From Oikopleura dioica (Eukaryota; Animalia; Chordata), in NCBI GenBank assembly GCA_907165135.1, contig OU015568.1, positions 13,020,001 through 13,084,000 on the forward strand: 64,000 nucleotides of DNA, given 5' to 3'. This document shows, piece after piece, positions 1 to 11,186 of the stretch (within the stretch, counting starts at the first letter, position 1; every line of letters starts with the position of its first letter). The translations under genes were made by a program, and so were the position numbers. Below the pieces are notes generated by a model. The model was not told the DNA's origin, searched no databases, and worked only from the letters and a program-made list of their open reading frames with translations.

Positions 1-82
1 CTCTTCGACTTCAGTCTAAATTTGCCTCTTTTAGAAACAGTTTGGTTTGAATGTACAGAATATTCTGAGAGACAGAAGTTAA

Positions 83-3000
83 TTAATTTTCGTCCTCAGA
101 CTCGCCAGAATCCGCGTTTGAAGAGACCGCTGAAGAGTCATCTGAATCATACATGATGCCCGGCTTTTGAATTGGAACGTAATGAGTTTTCGAGTTTTCC
201 TCGATTTTCAGCAGCTAAAAGTAGTACTTAATTGAATGGATGCTCGGAAGAGAGCTCATTACCAAAATAGCAGTATGAATATGAGAGCGCTTTGCAGGTA
301 AACGATGGCAAGGGTACCAGCCCCAAACGATGACGCCTTTCATTCCATTTTTGGGGCGCCAATCGCCCCACGAACGAGCCCCACCGCAATTTCTCCACTC
401 GGTCTTTTCCCAGTGAACGAATTGAGGACCGCCACGACGGAAGCCGTCCAAATTTGATAACACTAAAAATTGTTGGTCGACAAAATGGATTCTTTTTACC
501 TTGATTGGAGTCATTAATTATGGCAGTGCGATGGAGATCGTGGTCAGAGAGCGACGACAGGGTGTCAAGTGAGCTAACTGAACCATCCAAGTTATTTTGG
601 GCGACGTTTTCGCCAGGAGTAGACGGGATGGTGCCGACCCACGTTTGTGCAGCTTGGTTTTGCTCTGTCGTACTTGTTCTGAATTTTTTATAACAGCTTA
701 TTGATTTATATTGACTCGAATTCAACCTTATCACGGAAGAGAGCGGAACATTTTCAGGAAGCCCGATTCCGGAATTACACGAAATGCAACTCAACAAGCA
801 GTCCCCAATAAAGCGCAAAGTTCCTTCGTAAATTCCAGTGAAGGAAACTTCATCCCCAGCCAGTTCTTTTACAGCGTCGTGTGTTGATGTGTAAGATGTT
901 AAAATAGGAGATACGTAACTAGGATATCCAATTGGCTAAAATGATATCAATCGAGGGTTTTGCATTGGTATTTTACCTGATCACAACTCGAGTTGATAAT
1001 GTTTCTCAAAATAGCCCTAGCGTTTTGAATTGATCCCCTCTCAGGATTTTGATTTCTCACAAATACAAGTTCCTCTTGCTGCGCCGCCCAATTTCCTCTA
1101 ACACTTTCCGAGTTGATTTTGATAATTTTGAAGCTCAACTGGCGCCGCACAAGCATCATCAATCTGTAGTCGCTGCTCTCATCTTCAGTCACAATGTGTC
1201 GAAACGAAAATAACTCTGGTTCGTTGTTCAAAACCGCTTCACGCCACTTTGGATCATTCTCGTGACAAATTACCGTCTTCCTTGCAGTTTCAATCTCTTT
1301 CCAGAGCTTGGAAAACGTGAGCTCACTGCTGGCCTCTCCAACGGTTAGTTTTCGCAACTCGTCGCTCTGTAATTTAATCGCCAGTCGTAAGGCAGGCGCA
1401 ACAATTTCATTCAATAAAGCCATGTCGTCAGTGAAAACCCACTCATCCGAAAAATCCGGCATGATGTTACCCTGGAACATTTGATAGAGCCCATTTAGGA
1501 ATATTGTCGCATCCGCAGTATTGCCAGCTTGTGACGCATTTGAGATTGCTTTTCGTCCGACAATGGACAGGGCAAAAACCAACGTTAGAAAATTCGTCGG
1601 ACATTCGGTTTCTTCAGGGTGTGTCATACTGAAACAGTGGTTTGCCCAGTGGGAATAGTGAAGCAAGAACTGGACTTTGCTGACCCCTGCTTGTGCCAGA
1701 TCGTAGTCAACATCAGTGTTGTGTGAAAATGCGACAGAAGTGACGACTTCGAAGTCAGAATCGTAATTTTCTCGATTCAGCGTCTTTATCAACTCATTTT
1801 TCGGATCCAATAGCTCGTCAAGTCTTTCGTACTTTGCCGCGAAATAAATGATGCATCTGGTGAAAGATGTCTTTACAAGTTTTCTGTAGTCATACATCCC
1901 TAGAAAATCGGTGCTAGAATCACAAATTGAATATCCAGGCATAACATAATTCTTCTGAACGACTCGCCAAGTCATCAGTAGATTCTTGAAAAAGGCGCTC
2001 AATCCGTAGACCCATTTTTGAGAACGTAGGCAGCACATGCTCCTCGCGAAGCATAAATGATTCTGAGTCGCTGGTGGTTCGTCTTCTGTAATCGCCTCGA
2101 CCTCGCGTTGTTGGCAATATGTTCCTTTGAACTCTAAGCCACGCAGTTGGAAAGATACAACACCATTTCCAAGCTCAACAATTTGAAGAAGACCGTTCAA
2201 GCTTGTAGCTGTGGATTTGGACGCCAAGATGAATACGTCCCCCTCTTTTACATTTCCAAATCTTCCAAGGGCAATATCTCCTGCGAGCTGATTTCGCAGC
2301 GATATCGCCAAATTCTCGTAGAAAATCGAATTTCTCTGGGCATTTTCATTCCTTCGTCTGTGAGTTTCAAGCTGCGACTGTAAACGCTCATCGCCCGCAG
2401 TTTTTGTTTGAAAGGTCTTTTCCCAAAAACGCAAAGGTCGGACGTAGGAGGTTAGAAAGACGCTCGCTCCGCCCAAAGGTTTTATGGGAGCAGAAGTGAT
2501 CGTGGAAATAACAGCTTGAAGATACATCCAGCCAGAGTGTGGCATGCAAATCGGCTGCGAAATTGCATGAAAGGCACTTCCCCAAGTAGATGCGCACGGC
2601 ATAATGTGTACGTAGATGAAACATAATCTTCGATATAAACCGAGCACTTTTGAGGCGACGATGTTTCCCAAAAACCATGTAACAAGAATAGGTTCTTTGA
2701 TGTCATACTTCTGAAGATCGAACACCAAGAGATATGAGCACATGAGAATGAGCCATTGATACTCGCAATCGCGGAAGAATCGACGGGAAATACTGAAGCT
2801 TATGATCGCAAGAAAAATACTTTTTCCAAAGATTGACCAGTTTACGAAATATGGAGAATCTGCCGCGCTCCAGAACTCATTCATGAAAGCAATCGGCAGA
2901 AGGAGATTTTTTATAAGGATGGTTATAAAGAATTGAAACTTGTCGAACCACATGACTGCCGCAGCAGAATTGACTTCGAACTTTTTGTATTCTGGAGTTC

Positions 3001-5950
3001 GTAAAACAGGGTGCTTGAAAATAATCCATGGATTCTGTGATCGAAGGCGAGGCAGCAAGTAATCGCATAAGAAGCCAGTTACGCTTAGGATCGCAAGAAT
3101 TACAAGATTAAAAACTGAAATTTCCAATGGACCAAGAACAACTTTCTTCATTGATTTTAGCTCATCGAAAACATTAGCAATGCCGAGCAAACATGCGATA
3201 ATGAAGATGATGCAGCCGTTAAGTATCGAGCTCTCTAGGCGATGATGAGCTGATGTAACAATCTTCTTGTCGAGTGATGATATTTTATCTTCATTCTTTT
3301 TCAATCCAAATATTCGTTTCAATGCTAAAAGATCATAGTGCGGATTTCCATTCGAAGCTCGGGAGATCACGTATGCCAAAGTAAGGCAAAGTGCAGAAGA
3401 AATTGAGAATATTCGATTGTCGAGCTCGCCTTTATTTTTCATCGAAAAGAAATTTAAAACGACAACTGGTACGACACAGCCAACTGATCGAAGGAGCACT
3501 GTTATTGAGTCTTTCAAGCTTGAAGATCCGGTTCCACCGAAGAAAGTTATCTCGACACTTTCCATCGTCCAATTGAGGAATGTGATCAACCGCGCATAAA
3601 ACCCAAGCATGAATAAAACGGGCATCAGATACGTCATCAGCTTCGATATTTCAATACAAATAGCCAAGAATTTGATGTCAACGAAGAAACATCCGTAGAG
3701 AGTCGTTCCACCTTCCAATTTGAGCGAATGTGAAACAAGGACGAGCATTATTGTCAAGAGCGATGAAAGAATGAAATAAATCGGTCGTGCAAATGCAACA
3801 GAAAACGCATATCCATGCCCAGGAGACATTACATCAGGAATGGGCGACTTGATAGTCGAGTACTGACAAGTAGCAGCCACAAGGTAAAGAATCCACTTAC
3901 TGAAGATGAAGCTTTGTTCGGGATATCTGGCAATCGCTATCGGTCGTTGAAGAGTAAGTAAGTACGATGCGAGTAATGAAATCAACCCACAAGTTATAGC
4001 CGAAACAAGAACATTTGAAAAGGAGGTGGAAATATCCAAGAGATTTGACAGGTCCTGCTTTGTATAGAATATCTTTACTGGGAGCGCTGGAATTCCAAAG
4101 AGGTTAAATTTATAGTACGTCCATTTTTTGCGTGCGAATTTTCTTACAAAGTACTTTTTCTGATCATACTTTATTTTGCGCTCGCGGCGGCGAAGAACCC
4201 GTTGAGTGACGCTTCCAGTTGTCATAGGAAGTCGATCGAGTGCCGAATACGTCAATTGAGCACGCTCAGCTCGATTGAGCATTTGCATAATTTCAGAAGT
4301 TGCCATTTGATTTGATGGGGACTCCGTAAACCCTTCAGGAAGGTCAAGATTCGGGGGAGGCGCGCCGGATGCTGATCGCTGTGAATTTCTTCCAAAATTA
4401 AATAGACCTTGGACTTGAAATGGCGTCGGTGTGTCACTTCTACTTGCTGGTCCAGTCCCAAATGTACGCCGAGATCTCAGCGAGGATGATCTGTTACTTC
4501 TCTGATCAAGACCATCAAGTGTCATTTGCGATCCTACGATTTGATTACGCGAGCTCATTGCTACTTGATTTGCAATTGTAGTCGCCAGTTCCATAGGAAT
4601 GATGGGGCTGTCCGGTCTCTTGTTCGTACCAGTTGATGATGAAAGGGAATCAGCTTTCTCTGGAAAAGGGCTGCCATTGTCAATTCTCTGGATCGTCGAC
4701 AACCCTTCTTGTGTACTACTTCCAGCCTCGCTCTGATTTTGTTCTTGATCTTTTCTCTTTGCGCGGAGGATATTGCATACTTCTTCCGAAATATCCTCAG
4801 CCGATTTGGGCGAATCGATCTTCTCGTTGTCGTAGTTCGTTACATCCACAACTGAGCTCTCCGAAAGCACGGATTTTAGTGTATTTAATCGACCCCTTCT
4901 TCCATTATACGGCCTGCTGTTCGATAAATTAGGAAGCATTTCACCTGCTTGTAGTTTCGCGTCTGAAACAGACAAACGCTCTGGGTCACTGCCCGATGCT
5001 TCTTTTCTAATTGTACAGCTAGCTGATGTAACAACTTGAGTGTTTTGAGGGTTCTGTTGAGCTTTGGGAACATGGCGGCGAATGGACTTTCGACTTGGTC
5101 GCTGTCGATGGATGATTTTTGTATTTGCTTCAATAGGAACACCGTCCACTGGTTTACTCGTACTGGTTGACGGTTCACCCTGTTCTGGGTTCAACAAAAG
5201 TGGCTCTATTTCTGTATTGGCCCGGGCATTTTCATGATCTTCGGGTTCAGATTGCGACTCCATTTTCGACCGTTTAGATCTCCGTTTTGTTGGAGTTTCT
5301 TTGTTTATTCCGTAATCGACCGATCCTGGTCTTGAAATTTTCGGCTTTCGTTCAAATTGTCGATCTGCCACTCCTTCCACCTCTGGATTTTCTCGAATCA
5401 AACAAAGACCAGCCGTTTGGGTAATCAAAGTTCCATCAACAGTTGTCGCCGCGGAGCCAGTAGGTTCATTTGCCAGATTCCACGAGGCATAAGTTATGTT
5501 GTCAAATGAGCCTGAATTCTGAGAACGAGTGGTTCCCGAGCGTCCTGAATTGCCAGTCGGTCTTGAAGGGGAGTAAAGTCTTTTGGAAAGCGCAGTGCTT
5601 CTACTTTTACTCTTTTTTGATCCAATAAATTTGTCATGAATAGCGACCCAAACCGGCGGAACCGAAGATGTCTCCAAAGTTTGAGGAGTAGATTCATTGA
5701 GAACTCTGCTGAAGAGATAACACAGATACTTGAAAATAAAGACGCTTGAAAAAGACACTCCAGTGATGATCCAAATACTTTCTGTTCGACCAAGCAAGGC
5801 GGAGAAAACAATCGGCACGACCGCGAAATGGAACCAAAGGTAGGTATGGATTACTTTGTTCACTTTCGGCGACTGGGACTCGCCTGGACTCCATCCACCA
5901 GTCAAAGAACACACGAGTGCCGATGGAAGGCGATTTCTTATTTCTGTCAT
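83..5950 (-). CDS. PCNX: Pecanex-like multi-pass membrane protein; exons 5950-977, 935-500, 462-263, 214-83
   Basis: The 1667-aa ORF has a pecanex N-terminus (LTGGW...HTYLW) and Pecanex_C motifs (QLRGLEFKGTYCQQREVEAI, WAAQQEELVFVRNQNPERGSIQN). GT-AG introns of 41, 37 and 48 nt join it to PIGYPSYVSP and to the conserved C-terminal WGDWRPKNGMKG...RSHI segment. Stop TAA at 85-83. Confidence 0.93.
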
Positions 5951-6120
5951 TATAATTTAAACTTCCGGTAATAGTAACAATTCATATTTTTAACAAGGAA
6001 CGACTCAGAGTCCGATTTCTGAAATGAACGAGTTTATTGAACTTTTCGTCTTCTTTTTTTTATAATTTCGCAAGGAAAATTGTGTGGCAGTAAAACTTGG
6101 GACTAACAAGGAGGAATAAA

Positions 6121-8583
6121 CTAGTCTGAGTCTGAATCTGAGTCCGAATCGGAGTCGTTCTTTTTCTTCCACTCTTTTGCCATTTTGAGCAGATTCATGT
6201 TCGGCTTGGCAACCTAAAAAAGATTGAAAATTCTCTACGGTAATGAAATACTGACCTCGTCTTCCGGGAAAATATAGTCCCAGTATTCTTCCCAACCAGC
6301 ATCTGCACCGGTATCTGTGGTGAGTTGGCGTCGTTTTTTAACTCTTCTCGGCATTTGGCTCTGAATTTTCAAGTCAAATAAAAATTTGATATTAATATAT
6401 ATCGAACCTTGACATAATTGAGGTTGGCCTCATCATCTTCAGCCTTTTCAAATGCAAGCCACTGCTCGAGAACCAAAAGCCTTTCAACCTTTTCGGCTCC
6501 AGCTTGTCGAAGAGAATCTGAAGCTTCTCGGAACACATCTCTAGCCGGATGATAATCACTAAATTTGAGATCGAGAAATGATTTTTTGGCAAAAAGCAAC
6601 CTTTCGGGATCCTTTTGATCTTGCTCGAACTTGGCAAAAGCGAGCCAAACTTTCGGATGCGAGGTTCTTTCCAGAAGTCGTCGATAGAGCGTTCGTGCGT
6701 TGTCAATTTCTTCCAGGTCGATTTCGAAGTCAATGTATGTTTTCCACAGAACTTCTGGCATGTCTAACTGAGGCTGAGTAATTGCAAGTTCGAAGATTCC
6801 TCTGAAAAGATCGATAATTCCTGCTTCAGCACTTTAAATTCTACCGTGCTCGATCAGGATCGCCGAGAATAGTCTCCAGCTCAGCAAATTTAATCCATGT
6901 GGTGCAATTCGCCGGTGCATATTCAAGGAATTTTTCGTAAAGCTTTCTGCATCGATCAAATTCTCGAAGTTGCAATTCAAGCTCGATGTATTCGCGGAAG
7001 AGCTTGTCTTTTGGGCACTTTCCGATGGCGACTCCTAAGACGCGCCGGGCGTCCATGAGATTTTTCTGGCGAACTTCGAAGTGCGCAAGATGAAGCCAAA
7101 TTTTTGAAAATGTGAACTAAGAAAATTGCCATCCCGAATCCCTGAAAATCAATTCATACCTTTTTATGGGGCAGAATCTCGAGGCAAGCTTTCCAAACTT
7201 CTCTTGTTCGCTCGATATCGCCCATTTCTGTTTCTTCAAATAACGCGTACATAATCTGAATCGTTTCTTTAATCCTTTTCTCGGGCATAAGGTTTGTTAC
7301 CCATAAATAAATGTATCTCCGCCAGTCGTTTTTGTTCGGCGACTCTGGAATATTCGCCACCGCCCGTTCGTACGTATCCCGAATCACATCAGAGTCTCCT
7401 TCAGACTCAACCATTCTCAAGTAGTCAAACCACGTGTCGTAATCTTCTGGGTCTTTGGTCAGCTGATCTTCGTACTTCTTTCTTCGCTTGTTCCAGACGA
7501 CGTCTTCGATTCCTTGCCGGCTGCCGAATCGCTTCTCGAAGGCAGAGAAATATTTGAAGATTTCTTCTTGCGCGTCTTTCGCCAAATTGTCTGAAAAATC
7601 ATATAAAATCTGCGAAAAAGGGAAAGTAATTCTTACCAAGAGCATATTTGAAAATGCACCTGCATCGTTCATACTCTCTCTGTCTCTCCTCGAACCGCGC
7701 AAAAGCAATGAACAAATCTTCAGAAAGAAACTCATCCCCATAAAATTCAATGGCTCTTTCGTATACGCCACGGGCTTGTTCAACCGCGCCAAGTCGTTCT
7801 TCCCACTTGGCGTATTTCATCCAGTTCTTGACATCCGGGTGGCAGAGGATGAATCGCTCGTACACGCCTCGGGCTCGATCATATTCCTAAAAATCCTTGT
7901 TTTCGCAGAGAAAAGAGGGAAAAATACCTTGTATCTGTATTCAAAGTTGATGTAACTGTGCCAAGCTTGTGGATCTGGCTCCCACTCCATCCATCTTTCA
8001 AAAACGGCTCGGCAGGCAGTGATATTCTGCAGAACTTCCTCCATGTAGGCATATTTGTACCAGAGCTGCTGGGCTCGGGGAAGGAGCGTTACTGCTCTGT
8101 CCCAAACGTTTCTAGCGTGGTTCACTTGCTTGTTTCTCATTTCCATTTCGGCGTAGCGGAGCCAGACTTGAATGCATCGATGATCCACGTCGATTGCTCG
8201 TTCGTATATGCTCCTGGCTCGTTCGATTTCCTTCATGTTGTCTTACGAAGAAGAAGTTGAAAATTCTAACTGACAAAGTAAGATCTACCTTCATAAGCTG
8301 CGTATTTGAACCAGTTAGACATCGTGGTCCGGTTCTTTCTGATCGAGTCTTCAAAGACCTTTCTTCTTCGCATTTTGTTGTCATCGAGTTCTTCCTGCGA
8401 AGTGATCTTCTGCTTTGGCGGCGGTGGTGCAAGTTCCAGTTCTCGCTCCTTAGCTTCTCGGAGCAGCTGTTCGGCCGTGATCTGCACCGGAGCTGGAGCC
8501 TTGTTCTTGACCTTCGACATCTTTGGCAGACGGATCCGTCCCTTGTTCAGGGACTCCTCGTCCGTTCGAGCTTGACCCTGCAT
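6121..8583 (-). CDS. CRNKL1: Crooked neck-like pre-mRNA splicing factor (HAT repeats), multi-exon
   Basis: [29 protein letters not shown]-terminus, HAT repeats across ORFs 7817-8236, 7599-7865, 7154-7792, 6841-7056 and 6369-6761, and C-terminal [12 protein letters not shown] then [16 protein letters not shown]. Short GT-AG introns. Stop TAG at 6123-6121. Confidence 0.95.
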
Positions 8584-8695
8584 GGTTGAAGACGATTACC
8601 TAACCACTCTATCTGAAAATACGAAAATTATCAAAAGTTGCTAGTTTTCGCAATGATAGATTTTTTTTGAAGAACTCTTTTTTTTTATCTTCGAG

Positions 8696-8726
8696 TGACG
8701 TCATAGCGCGCATTCCGAATGACTCA
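8696..8726. promoter_or_regulatory. Adjacent CRE (TGACGTCA) and AP-1 (TGACTCA) sites in the divergent CRNKL1/zinc-finger intergenic region
   Basis: Exact motifs at 8696-8703 and 8720-8726. Function is inferred only. Confidence 0.35.
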
Positions 8727-9128
8727 TTTTGAATCATAAGTAGTCTTCAATCCAAAACTGCTAATCGATGGAAAATCACTGATTTTAAATCAGTCACTGA
8801 AAATATGGGCCTTTGGCTAAACTGAAATTGAACTATTTAATTATTGTCGTAAAAATCTTCTCATCACTCAGAAATGTGAGAATACCGCCAAAAAGGCAGG
8901 TTTTTTCTTTTGTTCTCGCTTTTTGTTTTCGCTGGACCAATATTTACGATCGTGTGGGGTGGAGAGAGCAGAGAAGCACGCAAGTTGGGTAAAAAATTGC
9001 TCATTCAGCGCATTTCTCTGGGGATTGATTAATCATTTTCCCTTTTCCCTTTCCGACTGATAAACGCCCGCGCGAAAAGAATATTCTGGTGAGCACGAGA
9101 GAGGAAGAAAAGTAGAAGGTGATTGAAA

Positions 9129-11020
9129 ATGAGTACGAAGATTGAGGTAAGAAAAAAGGAAAAGTTTTCCCTCCTTACTCCCCTCTAGCTCCTCTTTGTT
9201 ATTTAGGAGAATTTCAGCAGCCGTTCAATCGCAATTAATTATTTTTACAAGCTTAATTATTTATATTAAAGCTGCCGGAGGAGAAGTCGTCCACAACCAC
9301 ATCATCGGAAGTCACAGTCGATCAGCTCACTGCTCAATTCGACGCCCTCGTCCGCGTCGATGACCTCGATCTTCAGGTAAACAGAGTTATACTACCAATT
9401 ACTTCAATTTTTAACATTAGACTCTTACCATCAATGGTGTCGCCTACTACGCTTTAAAGAAAAAAGCCGGTCTCAAGAATCCCTCAAAGAAGCCAATTGC
9501 GCCGAAGAAAGATGTCAAGATTGAACCAAAGAAAGAAGCCCCTCCAATCGGCGGGAGGAGAGGACCAGTCAAGAAATCTGGACGCGCGAAGAAAACCGGG
9601 CCTTTCAGTATGATATGCCTTCCTTACCAGATTATAAATGTAATTAATAGTGCTGGCGGGGCCACCAGCTGCTGGAGGACTTCCCGGTATGTCTACTTTC
9701 TCCTCACCCAAATCAACCGGTAAGTTATTTTATTCGAATTCAATCTCACCCATAAATTTTAGGAAGCGACGATCTGGCATTCATTCACGACGCTGCAAAC
9801 ACGAACATTTCCTCTCCCCAATCGAGCTCGTCTTTGAATCCAACTTCGCCAAGTACCAGCGAGCTCAGCAACATTCATAACTTCGACTCCGTCACATCTG
9901 CCAACGACTTCGACGCGTTTATCGAGAATCTCGAGCCTTCTTTAAGAAGAGAAGATGTAAGACCTAACTTCCATGTTCACCTGTTAACGGAACCTTTAGT
10001 TTGTGCCTTTTGAAGAGCCGCAAGGCGATATGAAACGCCACCGAGATGTCTTCGTCGCTCAAAATGCCATCGCCAATGGTTCGAACATCGTGCTCCACGA
10101 GATTCCCGACAGTCCAACTCAAGCAGCAATCCTTCAAGAATTGAACAACCCCGGTCCCTGCTGCAAGAAACGAAGATTCGACAACCCCGACGATGAGTTG
10201 ATCTCAACGATGATGACTGACGATTTCTCCTCTTTTCATTCGTCGGAGAACCTGCTGAACGGACAACAGTCAAATGTTTCTAATCCTGTCCAATATGCAG
10301 ATTCTTCTTTGGTACCCCCGCATGAACAGTACTACTATCAAATTCCTGACAACATTCCTCATTCTGCTCCGCAATTCGAAAACCAGAATCAACAGCAGAT
10401 TCCCGAGGCTCAAGATGATGATGTCGTGCTCGAGCTTAATGAACTTACTTGTCCAATTACTGAAGCAAGAAATGTCTTCATCAAGAAAGATATTTGGGGC
10501 CAAAAGAACCAGAAAGAAAAAGATCAGGCTGCCAAGGTAAATCATTTTTTGTAAGATGAGTCATTCATACAATTTAATTCAGGTGCTGATTGACGCGAAT
10601 CGAGTGGAGGAAGTCAAAGCGAGGGAAAATGTGAATAGAGGACTAGACCGACAGTTTCAATGCATTTTGTGCCCTGCCCTCGGCCAGAAAGGCAGAGGAT
10701 TCAACAACAACGAAGACCTCTACCGTCACCATTGCCAACACTTGAACTACAAACCTATCACCTGTGATACATGCGGAGAGGGCTTCTACCGACGAGATCA
10801 TTTAAACCGACACATGCAGAATCAGCACAGCGTCAGCGTTAAGAAACGAGTCCGTGCTCCGAACGGATCCACGCCAAATATTCCTCAACGACCCCTCAGA
10901 CGACTCAACACAATACTCAAACTAGGCCTTCAGCAACTTCAAATACCGACCAGTTCGGAAATATCATCGTTCCTAGCTCAAACTGTAACTAAAACCCTAG
11001 AATCAACTCTCTGTAAATAA
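9129..11020 (+). CDS. C2H2 zinc-finger protein, multi-exon
   Basis: First exon ATGAGTACGAAGATTGAG|gtaag at 9129, followed by small exons. Two C2H2-type fingers (CILC...HHCQH and CDTCGEGFYRRDHLNRHMQNQH) lie in ORF 10556-11020. Internal exon structure is approximate. Confidence 0.7.
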
Positions 11021-11186
11021 CCAACAAATGCTCCCAAAGTTCACTCTTCCTCGCTCTCGTAGAACATCTTGCAAAGCAATCATGTTTATATTCAAATTTA
11101 ATAAATTCAAAAGCTGTTTATGTTTAAAATTGTGTTTACTTTCTACGAAAAAGTGTGGAATTATTCTCAAACATCGTATTCAAGAC

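Noticed and set aside
6008-6019. GAGTCCGATTTC resembling part of the Oikopleura spliced leader as I recall it
   Set aside because: Only 12 nt, antisense to the flanking genes, with no donor or Sm site. Compatible with chance.
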